Shown here: piece by piece, positions 56,304 to 63,959 of the stretch | Numbering within the stretch: position 1 is the first letter of the stretch | Layout of the letters: each line of letters opens with the position of its first letter | Assembly (NCBI GenBank): GCA_028280855.1 | Contig: JANQLA010000087.1 | Location: 1-63,959, forward strand | Direction of reading: 5' to 3' | Length of the DNA stretch: 63,959 bases | Source of the DNA: Melioribacteraceae bacterium | GTDB lineage: Bacteria > Bacteroidota > Ignavibacteria > Ignavibacteriales > Melioribacteraceae | Made by a program: the position numbers and the translations under genes | The notes under the pieces: generated by a model | Seen by the model: the letters and a program-made list of their open reading frames with translations, nothing else | Database searches by the model: none | What the model was told of the DNA's origin: nothing

Positions 56304-56343
56304 AATATCTTTGGGGCTAGTTAGTTCTAGCCCCAAAGATATT
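56304..56343. terminator. Bidirectional terminator, perfect 17-bp stem
   Basis: aatatctttggggctag (56304..56320) and ctagccccaaagatatt (56327..56343) with the loop ttagtt. It sits exactly between the stops of two convergent genes. Confidence 0.8.
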
Positions 56344-56601
56344 CTATTCTACTTCCAACTCAACCAATTTTGACGAAACGCCCGGCAGCACCGTCACTTT
56401 ACGGGTAAGTTCCTGCTTTTGTTCATCCGTACCATGTAATTCAAGAATGAGTAAGCCTTCGTCGGTACAGTTTTCAAGTACGCCGTCGTGTATACCCAAG
56501 CGGGTTTTTATAATGCATCCCCAGCCGGTAAGTATTTGCTGAACTTTAACAGCTTCTTCTTTTCGTTTTCCTATTAATATTAATAAAACTGATTTTTTCA
56601 T
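56344..56601 (-). CDS. Small ACT/NikR-C-like protein (resembles TM1266-type putative regulators)
   Basis: 85 aa. VLLILIGKRKEEAVKVQQILTGWGCIIKTRLGIHDG...GLLILELHGTDEQKQELTRKVTVLPGVSSKLVEL has the beta-alpha-beta-beta-alpha-beta pattern I recall for that family. Confidence 0.4.
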   Translation of the reverse strand: MKKSVLLILIGKRKEEAVKVQQILTGWGCIIKTRLGIHDGVLENCTDEGLLILELHGTDEQKQELTRKVTVLPGVSSKLVELEVE

Positions 56602-56734
56602 TTGGCGGTCTCCAGTTGATATAGTTTACATTTACAAAATTAGATAATCGGGACTGCGTTATCAATGATATTGTTATTATATTGAATAAAATTAATTACC
56701 CAGTGTAATTACACCAGCACAAAATGGAGAAAAC

Positions 56735-56914
56735 ATGCTACAAGTAGTAGAAACAGAAAGCGACCAACCTATTTGCCCTCACTGCGAGGAACCTTTAGTA
56801 AAAATTTTAGCCAGAAAATTGCAAACAACTTTTGGAGTGCGATTCATTTATTTCTGCAGCTCGTGTAAAAAATCGCTTGGAATTTCACAGCGTAAAGGCT
56901 TTTGGATGGGGTAA
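56735..56914 (+). CDS. Unlisted 59-aa zinc-ribbon-like protein (CxxC...CxxC)
   Basis: Below the ORF-track length cut-off. The sequence is MLQVVETESDQPICPHCEEPLVKILARKLQTTFGVRFIYFCSSCKKSLGISQRKGFWMG*. The RBS ggaga lies at 56725..56729. Confidence 0.45.
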   Translation: MLQVVETESDQPICPHCEEPLVKILARKLQTTFGVRFIYFCSSCKKSLGISQRKGFWMG

Positions 56915-56953
56915 ATGCAATTGAGAATTTAGAATTCGGAAATTAGGATAATT

Positions 56954-57760
56954 CTAGTTCTTCTTTTCGTTCATATGATGAAAGTATTCTATTAGGTTAT
57001 TTAACTGGTACTCCGATAAATCTTTATGATCGGGCATGTTGGTGTGTCTGTAATTGGATGGATGTTTAATCATTTCTTTAATCATAAATTCTGTGCGGTA
57101 TGATAAAATACTCTTGGGCGCATTTAAGTCTGGTCCGATTTTACCACCTTGCTTATTCATTGCATGGCATCGAAAACAACGCTCTTTAAACAAATTAAAA
57201 CCTGCATAAACGTTTGAATTCTCATTGGCTCCTTGCGGATATACTTTAGGATACTGATCTTCAAATGTTACCAGCCTTATTGCTGCTAACTGCCAGGGCC
57301 AGGGATATGCATTCTCGGTTGTTTGATGACTTTTCTTCCATACAACATAAAACGGCGCCGGACTTGCCTCTTGTCGTTCAACAGGTTCCCAGTTTGGAAA
57401 TTCCACATCTTCGAATACAACATAGCCGCCGCTTTCTTTTATTTTGTCAATGCTGCAAACGGCTTCGTAGCCATCCACTGCTTCGAACACAACATTTGTG
57501 TAATTATCCGGGCTAATATCTTTCCCGAAACCAAATTCAAAAAGTTGCGAAAGGAGAAAGCCTTTGAATTCTTTATTTTTATTATAGTGTGGATCGAACA
57601 ACTGGACGCGTAATACGTGCAACGAATCTTTTAACTCCGATAATGTCCTGATGCTAATGGTTTGATCGGAAGCCTGGAATTTAAGAGTAGGGTTATCATC
57701 AAGATTCAAAAAGTAAAACGATGTTAGAAAACCAATTATGTAAACAATTGATTTAAGCAT
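56954..57760 (-). CDS. Secreted c-type cytochrome domain protein
   Basis: N-terminal signal/anchor. One heme-binding CxxCH motif (ERCFRCHAMNKQGGKIGPDLN) lies in the C-terminal third. Confidence 0.7.
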   Translation of the reverse strand: MLKSIVYIIGFLTSFYFLNLDDNPTLKFQASDQTISIRTLSELKDSLHVLRVQLFDPHYNKNKEFKGFLLSQLFEFGFGKDISPDNYTNVVFEAVDGYEAVCSIDKIKESGGYVVFEDVEFPNWEPVERQEASPAPFYVVWKKSHQTTENAYPWPWQLAAIRLVTFEDQYPKVYPQGANENSNVYAGFNLFKERCFRCHAMNKQGGKIGPDLNAPKSILSYRTEFMIKEMIKHPSNYRHTNMPDHKDLSEYQLNNLIEYFHHMNEKKN

Positions 57761-57763
57761 GCT

Positions 57764-58222
57764 TTAATTTACTATTTTCAACCACTTTGTTAAAGTAAAT
57801 CTTGGTTGATTTTTATAGCCAACTTCTTCATACAATTTTTTTGCTTTTTCATTGTGATGTTCAACTTGCAGATGCAGCGCCTTTACACCTCTTTTTATCG
57901 CTTCTTCTTCAGTGCGTTGCAATAGTTTCTTGCCGATTCCTTTGTTGCGAAATTTTTCATGTACAAAGATCTCATCGAGAAATGCATCCTTACCTTTAAA
58001 TTCTATACTGTATCCGAAACATACTGTAGAGTATCCTACAATTTCATTTTCAACAAAAGCGAAAATGGAAAATCCATAGTCCTTGTTTTTCAATAATGGT
58101 ATTAATGCTGCTTTCAGTTCTTCTCTTTTGAACTCCAGCCCGTCATACTCATAATATTTTTGCATCAAATTCAGTAGAACGTCTGCATCATATGGTTTTG
58201 CAATTGTAAACTTTACATTCAA
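57764..58222 (-). CDS. GNAT-family N-acetyltransferase
   Basis: 152 aa. LDEIFVHEKFRNKGIGKKLLQRTEEEAIKRGVKALHLQV carries the acetyl-CoA binding motif. Confidence 0.8.
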   Translation of the reverse strand: MNVKFTIAKPYDADVLLNLMQKYYEYDGLEFKREELKAALIPLLKNKDYGFSIFAFVENEIVGYSTVCFGYSIEFKGKDAFLDEIFVHEKFRNKGIGKKLLQRTEEEAIKRGVKALHLQVEHHNEKAKKLYEEVGYKNQPRFTLTKWLKIVN

Positions 58223-58225
58223 TTA

Positions 58226-58843
58226 TCATTCACCAAAAGTAGTCTGATAATCTTCGAATGAGGCATTGATAACTTCTATCGCCCTATCCCTGTCGTAAAC
58301 TTGTTCGATAAAAGCGTGCATATCTTCACCTATCATATACTTATATGTCGAAAAGTAATGCGTTAATCGTTCGACGAACATTGGCGGAATATCAGACAGC
58401 TCTTTTGCTTTACCCCATACGTTATCTTTTTCGAGCACAGCAATAATTTTATCATCGGCTTTTTTGTCGTCAATCATTTGAATGCCGCCTACAACTCTTG
58501 CGCTTAGGAGTATTTCACTCCTATTAATTGGACGTTCGCTTATTACGCAAATGTCCAAAGGATCACCGTCTCCAGCATCAGCCTTCGGAGAAAGATTTGC
58601 GACTTTTTGCCCGCAATATGTTCGCGGTACGAATCCGTAAAGCGCAGGTGGATATGAAGAAGTTCGTTGAGGCCGATCAACACGTAAGTAACCAGTTGTT
58701 TTGTCAACTTCGTATTTTACCGAATCGAACGGCGTAATTTCTATAAATACATTAACAAATTCAGGCGCACGGTCTCCCGGCTCTAAGCCGTGCCACGGGT
58801 GCGGGCGCCATTTATAAAAAGGTTTGGGAAAGTTTGCCATCAA
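58226..58843 (-). CDS. ppa: Inorganic pyrophosphatase (family I)
   Basis: VNVFIEITPFDSVKYEVDKTTGYLRVDRP...YGFVPRTYCG...DGDPLDICVIS...DDKIIAV are the conserved family I PPase motifs. Confidence 0.85.
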   Translation of the reverse strand: MMANFPKPFYKWRPHPWHGLEPGDRAPEFVNVFIEITPFDSVKYEVDKTTGYLRVDRPQRTSSYPPALYGFVPRTYCGQKVANLSPKADAGDGDPLDICVISERPINRSEILLSARVVGGIQMIDDKKADDKIIAVLEKDNVWGKAKELSDIPPMFVERLTHYFSTYKYMIGEDMHAFIEQVYDRDRAIEVINASFEDYQTTFGE

Positions 58844-58912
58844 TTTATTCCGTTAAATTTGTTGTTCAAAATTAGAGACAAACTTTTATTATCCAAAGAA
58901 AGAAAAAACATT

Positions 58913-59473
58913 TTATGCCTGTTCGTAAGCTTCCCTTAGCCATCCTAATAATTCTTTATCAACATCTTTTTTATCATTGAGTTTGACCCTGTGGCTAACC
59001 ATTATGCTGAAACTTCCAGATTTTTCCAACCGCCGCTTAGAATCTTTCCCTTTGATATTTATACCAACATCAACCCGTGTTTTTGTGCTTGGTTGAACGA
59101 TGGCAAATTGTTTCTTTCTGCGAACGCTTACATAAGTTTTCTTAGGCGCCAGCTCAACATCCTTCCCGAACTCTTGAATGTTTCTAATAAGTTTATCGTA
59201 AATTGGTTTTAAATTGGCTTTGTCACCGGCGTATTGAGCCTTAATCAAATCATCGCTATCTGAAGATCTTGCGTCTGACTGTTTCGATTTGTGCGCTACG
59301 GTTGTAGCATACCCATGCGTAAAGCCATGTTCGGATTTTAGAAACCTTACAATTTCGCTATGCTTTTGTAAACCGGACTTATTTACAATCTTGATCCATT
59401 CCGATAATGGTTTGCCGAATTTTTCTTCAATATTCTTAATCATAGTAAGTTCGGCTGAGCCCGGCGATGACAT
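58913..59473 (-). CDS. DUF4287/DUF5655-like protein
   Basis: MSSPGSAELTMIKNIEEKFGKPLSEWIKIVNKSGLQKHSEIVRFLKSEHGFTHGYATTVAH resembles DUF4287. The C-terminal VELAPKKTYVSVRRKKQFAIVQPSTKTRVDVGINIKG resembles DUF5655. Start set at the ATG preceded by ggagg. Confidence 0.5.
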   Translation of the reverse strand: MSSPGSAELTMIKNIEEKFGKPLSEWIKIVNKSGLQKHSEIVRFLKSEHGFTHGYATTVAHKSKQSDARSSDSDDLIKAQYAGDKANLKPIYDKLIRNIQEFGKDVELAPKKTYVSVRRKKQFAIVQPSTKTRVDVGINIKGKDSKRRLEKSGSFSIMVSHRVKLNDKKDVDKELLGWLREAYEQA

Positions 59474-59640
59474 TATTTCCTCCATTTTCAAATTAGTTTG
59501 AACTAATATATCAGTTTTGACGCAATAAAATGAGTTTCGAAACGTCATAAACTATTAGACAATTTTACTTGTTGATAAATTGGAACAAACAATAACCGGA
59601 AATGTTCGATTCAAAAAGAATTTAGGTGGGTAAAAGATAA

Positions 59641-60906
59641 ATGAGAAATAACCCGGTTTTGGGCTTGCTGATTTTCAGTTTTGTAATACTACTGATCGAT
59701 TTATACTCTTTCAAAGGTTTCGCAAGGCTATTTAAAGACAAGACTAGAAATTTTTACAAAGCTTTTCGAATCGCACATTGGACTGTTCCCGCAATAACAA
59801 TTATTGGGATAAGTTACATCACGTTTTTCCGGTATAGCGTTCCACCTGAAGTACAGATGCCTATTTTTCATTTTTTCAGCGGTTTTTTACTTCTCTTCTA
59901 TATTCCGAAAGTTGTGTTCATAATCTTCAAACTTGTTGAAGATGTAATAAGAATAACTGCCAAAGCAACAGCAAAAAAAATTGTTAAGAATGGGCCTGTT
60001 AATGAAAAACTTAACACAATCAGCCGGGCTCAATTTTTGAGTCGGGTTGGCTTGATTACAGCCGGTATTCCTTTTGCGTCAATGATCTATGGTATAGGTA
60101 TAGGACGTTTTGACTTCACTGTACGAAAACACATTTTATCGTTTACCAACTTACCCAAAGCCTTTGAGGGGTTTAAAATATTGCAACTATCGGATTTTCA
60201 CATAGGCAGTTTTATTCCGCATATAGAACGGGTAGAGCAAGCAGTTGAGTTGGTAAATCAACAAGAAGCTGATATAATAGTGTTTACCGGTGATTTCGTT
60301 AATAACGTTTCTTCTGAAGTTGACAAATTCGTTTCTATTCTTTCTCGTATGTATGCAAGAATCGGTAAATACAGCATACTCGGCAATCATGACTATGGCG
60401 ATTATGTTCGATGGGATAACCCGCAAAAGAAAGTTGACAATCTAATACGTCTTATTGATCAGCAAAACAATTCAGGGTTCGACGTAGTAATGAACGAAGC
60501 AAGACAAATAAGAATAGGTGATGAACACATTTCTTTGCTCGGCGTTGAAAACTGGGGGATGCCGCCTTTTCCGCAATATGGCGATTTAGGGAAAGCACTA
60601 TCATCAGCGAATGAAAGCGACTTTAAAGTATTACTCTCACACGATCCCACTCATTGGGACGCACAAGTGGTTGGTAAGACAAATATTGATCTGACTTTAT
60701 CGGGACATACTCACGGAGCGCAATTTGGTATTGAAATTCCCGGCTGGCGGTGGAGTCCTGTTAATATTCGTTACACACAATGGGGCGGCTTGTATAACAA
60801 CGAACAACAACACTTGTATGTTAATACGGGTATTGGATTTATAGGCTTTCCGGGACGTGTAGGTATGCCGCCTGAAATTACAGTGCTTACCCTTACTAGG
60901 GCTTGA
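59641..60906 (+). CDS. Membrane-anchored metallophosphoesterase
   Basis: Hydrophobic N-terminal third, followed by the calcineurin-like motifs SDFHIG, TGDFV, GNHD and SGHTHG. Confidence 0.8.
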   Translation: MRNNPVLGLLIFSFVILLIDLYSFKGFARLFKDKTRNFYKAFRIAHWTVPAITIIGISYITFFRYSVPPEVQMPIFHFFSGFLLLFYIPKVVFIIFKLVEDVIRITAKATAKKIVKNGPVNEKLNTISRAQFLSRVGLITAGIPFASMIYGIGIGRFDFTVRKHILSFTNLPKAFEGFKILQLSDFHIGSFIPHIERVEQAVELVNQQEADIIVFTGDFVNNVSSEVDKFVSILSRMYARIGKYSILGNHDYGDYVRWDNPQKKVDNLIRLIDQQNNSGFDVVMNEARQIRIGDEHISLLGVENWGMPPFPQYGDLGKALSSANESDFKVLLSHDPTHWDAQVVGKTNIDLTLSGHTHGAQFGIEIPGWRWSPVNIRYTQWGGLYNNEQQHLYVNTGIGFIGFPGRVGMPPEITVLTLTRA

Positions 60907-60991
60907 AGCAATGTTTGGGCAACTCAAAACCTCGCTTAGTGCTCGTTAAATAAATGTAGCTGTCGAGGATTAACTACGGTTGTCTCAATGC

Positions 60992-61453
60992 TTAAATAAG
61001 AATTTGATTTATGTGATGCTTGCAATGCCCAATGTAATCATTCATAAAGTAGTCTAAACTTGTTGATTCATCTTCCGGCACTAGTTTCCAAGCTACCTGG
61101 TGCAAATTATGTTTGGTAACTTTACGCAACTTGATTTCGGAAGCGATTGAGTCAATGATGTGAGCAATATGCAGATTATATAACTTCCATAACTCTACCA
61201 ATTGCAACCAATCACACTCGTTATATTTTTGAACCCCGACCCATTCATCCTGAGCGTAACCATCAAAAACCAAATCGTCTTTCATTGTAGCTTCGACGAA
61301 TCTTTTATGATTATTTGACGCTGAATCGATTAAATGACCGATAATTTCTTTTGCAGACCATTTACCCTGTGTAGGAAATACTGCTGCATCCTTCTCGGAA
61401 ATTTGTTTTAGCCTTGCGGTAGTTTCTAAGATATATTTTCTAAAATCTGTCAT
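60992..61453 (-). CDS. DinB-superfamily protein
   Basis: KWSAKEIIGHLIDSASNNHKRFV...GHCKHHINQIL shows the His-triad spacing typical of DinB_2-type four-helix bundles. Start is 61453 or 61480. Confidence 0.65.
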   Translation of the reverse strand: MTDFRKYILETTARLKQISEKDAAVFPTQGKWSAKEIIGHLIDSASNNHKRFVEATMKDDLVFDGYAQDEWVGVQKYNECDWLQLVELWKLYNLHIAHIIDSIASEIKLRKVTKHNLHQVAWKLVPEDESTSLDYFMNDYIGHCKHHINQILI

Positions 61454-61483
61454 GTTCTGTTCCCCTTGCTCAGCGACCATTGG

Positions 61484-62566
61484 TCACAAAAAGACTGAGG
61501 CGCTAAAGGTTTTATCGATTTTGGGTATACCGGTGTACTTTTCAATGCGCCCAATTGCTGATAACAAATCGAACTCTTCTTGCTTGTAAAAAGGAGCCCA
61601 ACCTATTTTCTGATAGTACCTTGCCAAATATTCCTGCTCAGACTGCCCGGGTGTAGGAACGAAAACAGCTTTCTTTCCAAACATAGCCAGATCCATTATT
61701 GTCGAATATCCGGGACGACAAATAACTAATTTCGTGTTATTAATAATTTTACTTAGCTCGTTCGCCGAAAGGTGATTTTCAATTGTTATATTTTTCGGAA
61801 GGTTAATTTGAAATTCAGTTTCCCCGGGCTTTCCGCGAACGATAATAATTTTCCTTTCAGTTTCATTGTGCAATTGATCAAAAATCATTTCTTCAAATTC
61901 AGTTCGTGTTGGTTCCGGCCCTGACAATACTATTAGCATATCCCCAATGAGTTCTCCGCCGTCTTTGTTGATGCAGTTGAGCCTGCTTAGCGGACCAACA
62001 AATTTATAACGACTGCTTAGTCGATGTTTGCCTGATAACTTACCGGCAAGATTGGGTTTACCATTTATGTCCGGAACCCACACTTCGTCAAACATTGCCA
62101 TTGCTGCCCTGTTAAACAAATAAAGAGGGTATTCGAATACTGAGAAAATACCCGGCAACTTTATGTTTATTTGGTGATTGATAAAAATCGATTTGATTCG
62201 TCTGTACCATAAACCGTAGCGTCCATCCGAAACGACACAGTCAATTTTGTAATCTTCTACTATCTGTTTTAACATTATATGCTCTTTGAAAAATGCCCAT
62301 GCTATTCCCGGGAAGGTTAATGTCGCTTTTAACATAATAGAATAATTTGACGGATACTCAATTTGCAATCCCGGGAGCTCAATTATTTCCAATTCAGGAA
62401 ATTCCAAACGAAAGTATTTTAATGGTGTACCGTAAGCAGCTATTACAGGTGTTATTCCCTTATCAAGTAGTTTATTAATGATTGGAACGCAGCGGGTCGC
62501 ATGACCAAGTCCCCAGTCGAGCGGAGCTATTAGTACGCGACTATATTTTTGTTTAATCATCATCAA
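61484..62566 (-). CDS. GT-B fold glycosyltransferase (MurG/UDP-glycosyltransferase-like)
   Basis: N-terminal LIAPLDWGLGHATRCVPIINKL and C-terminal ICRPGYSTIMDL...VPTPGQSEQEYLA motifs. Confidence 0.6.
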   Translation of the reverse strand: MMMIKQKYSRVLIAPLDWGLGHATRCVPIINKLLDKGITPVIAAYGTPLKYFRLEFPELEIIELPGLQIEYPSNYSIMLKATLTFPGIAWAFFKEHIMLKQIVEDYKIDCVVSDGRYGLWYRRIKSIFINHQINIKLPGIFSVFEYPLYLFNRAAMAMFDEVWVPDINGKPNLAGKLSGKHRLSSRYKFVGPLSRLNCINKDGGELIGDMLIVLSGPEPTRTEFEEMIFDQLHNETERKIIIVRGKPGETEFQINLPKNITIENHLSANELSKIINNTKLVICRPGYSTIMDLAMFGKKAVFVPTPGQSEQEYLARYYQKIGWAPFYKQEEFDLLSAIGRIEKYTGIPKIDKTFSASVFL

Positions 62567-62649
62567 AAAACGAAAATGCCACGCCTTATCGCATATTTCT
62601 GTATTTTTGATTTTGGCGTGACACTTTATTTAGAATAGATAATACCGTT

Positions 62650-63057
62650 TTACCAAAGAACCAAAACAATACCAAAAACTACGCAGTTAACAAGTTGGTA
62701 TCCGGAGTCAATAATGAAGAGTCTTATAGACTTATCGTTGAACAAACCATTAATAAAGAAAGGAGCTGCAATTAAACCAACCCATCCTGCCAGAGCAATA
62801 CGGATTCCGTTGACAATTGAAGCGGCGCCAGTTAGTGAAATGAAGTATGCAATTACAAGCGCCATAATAATATGTCCCAAAACTGCTAGCCCGTAAGTTT
62901 TTCCAGGGTTAAAATCTTTTCGTAGCTCTTCTTCGGTTTTACCTACTTCCTGCATCCAGGCTTTACCGAAAATAGGTCCGTACCATAAAAATCCGGTAAC
63001 CATTGATAAAACTCCGCAGACTAATACTGCTAAATAGTTTATATCGACGCTTTGCAT
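62650..63057 (-). CDS. DUF1761-like membrane protein
   Basis: 135 aa with four hydrophobic segments. INYLAVLVCGVLSMVTGFLWYGPIFGKAWM is the N-terminus I recall for DUF1761. Confidence 0.55.
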   Translation of the reverse strand: MQSVDINYLAVLVCGVLSMVTGFLWYGPIFGKAWMQEVGKTEEELRKDFNPGKTYGLAVLGHIIMALVIAYFISLTGAASIVNGIRIALAGWVGLIAAPFFINGLFNDKSIRLFIIDSGYQLVNCVVFGIVLVLW

Positions 63058-63070
63058 ACTGCCTCCTTAA

Positions 63071-63959
63071 TTAGTTTTGGTTAAGTTTATTTTCAGAGTA
63101 CATCGCTACAGTAGGTTCTTTTTTATCTGTTATGTAACCGCGAAACATTCCTTCAGAATTAAAAGTCATTATAATGTTGCCGTTTTTATCTATTCCAATA
63201 ACTCCCCCTTGGCCTTTTTGCTCAATAAGCCTTTTCATTATTACTTCATCAGCGGCTTGTTGTAAAGATTGACCGGCATATTCCATCCTTGCTGAAATAT
63301 CATGTGTTACAACATTTCGAATAAAATACTCGCCATGCCCTGTGGCTGAAAGAGCGCAAGTTTTATTGTTCGCATAAGTGCCTGCGCCAATTATCGGAAC
63401 ATCGCCCACTCGTCCCCACCTTTTATTTGCCATTCCACCGGTTGATGTACCTGCAGCTAAGTTTCCGTATTTATCTAATGCTGCGCATCCAACGGTTCCG
63501 AATTTCAAATCATCTCTTTCAGTGAAAGATAAATCAAACTTGTTGCGTTCTTTAGCTTTTATTTCTCGTATCTCATTTACCCTTCTGGGGGTGAAAAAAT
63601 ATTTGTTCTCAACTTTCTCCAGTCCTTGCTCTTCGGCGAATTTTTCCGCCCCTTCCCCGATCATCATTACGTGTTTCGAATTTTCCAAGACAGCTCGTGC
63701 AAGTGAAATAGGACTTTTAACATGCTTTATTCCTGCAACGGTTCCGGCATTAATATCAGAGCCATTCATAATTGACGCATCGAGCTCGACTGTCTCAGCG
63801 TTTGTCATCACCGCCCCAACACCTGCATTAAATAACGGCGACTCTTCCATAACATGAATTGTTTTTTCAACAGCGTCTAATGCTGTTCCGCCGTTATTTA
63901 AAATATTGTACCCGGTTTCCAAGGCTTCCATCAATTTATCAATATAAGCTTTTTCCTGT
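63071..63959 (-). CDS. Isoaspartyl peptidase/L-asparaginase (Ntn-hydrolase, asparaginase_2 family), N-terminus beyond the window
   Basis: GTVGCAALDKYGNLAAGTSTGGMANKRWGRVGDVPIIGAGTYA contains the autoproteolytic GT site. The frame stays open upstream of the track start to the window edge (..QEKAYIDKLMEALETG). Confidence 0.85.
   Translation of the reverse strand, partial: QEKAYIDKLMEALETGYNILNNGGTALDAVEKTIHVMEESPLFNAGVGAVMTNAETVELDASIMNGSDINAGTVAGIKHVKSPISLARAVLENSKHVMMIGEGAEKFAEEQGLEKVENKYFFTPRRVNEIREIKAKERNKFDLSFTERDDLKFGTVGCAALDKYGNLAAGTSTGGMANKRWGRVGDVPIIGAGTYANNKTCALSATGHGEYFIRNVVTHDISARMEYAGQSLQQAADEVIMKRLIEQKGQGGVIGIDKNGNIIMTFNSEGMFRGYITDKKEPTVAMYSENKLNQN

Noticed and set aside
1-63959. 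A search by eye for tRNA, rRNA, CRISPR arrays, riboswitch-like leaders, IS elements and integrases in all intergenic regions.
   Set aside because: Nothing resembling a tRNA cloverleaf, rRNA, regularly spaced short repeats or a transposase/integrase ORF was seen. This is a visual screen only and would need tRNAscan-SE, Infernal and ISfinder to confirm.

Overview
This is a 63,959-bp bacterial chromosomal segment that looks low in GC by eye. It probably comes from an FCB-superphylum organism (Ignavibacteria/Bacteroidota-like). That guess rests on a T9SS C-terminal sorting domain and on the style of the intergenic repeats. More than half of the window (10341..45324) is one co-directional block. 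A single PadR-family regulator gene is followed by 13 paralogous ~2.65-kb genes for duplicated FtsX/MacB-type permeases (785-890 aa), mostly separated by only 8-16 nt. Twelve of the 13 carry a conserved ~90-aa N-terminal helical 'head' (MFNLEKEIxKWKKSLRKNPSLEDGYIEELExHLRD...). One is headless, one is frameshifted in a T7 run, and the array ends in a 48-nt orphan head. I found no ABC ATPase, membrane-fusion or outer-membrane partner anywhere in the window. The array shows signs of ongoing recombination: near-identical head cassettes sit on very divergent bodies, and the longer spacers contain ghost 3' gene tails. The left flank holds ArsR, a VOC protein, an ECF sigma factor with a YCII-domain membrane protein, PNPOx-like, DJ-1/PfpI and acyltransferase-3 genes, and a LytS/LytTR two-component pair. 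It continues with a ~1-kb gene-poor scar containing a WD40 relic, a hypothetical membrane protein and a HigB/HigA-like TA pair. The right flank holds a DUF2752/TM2 pair, an esterase, a YjjX-like NTPase, a GNAT, a PhzF-like gene, a YefM/YoeB pair and uvrB (split by a frameshift in an A9 run). It continues with DUF3078, a ~950-aa T9SS-sorted protein, a c-type cytochrome, ppa and other ordinary genes. I recognised no rRNA, tRNA, CRISPR array, transposase or integrase. All calls come from reading the ORF translations and from hand alignment. No database search or computation was run.
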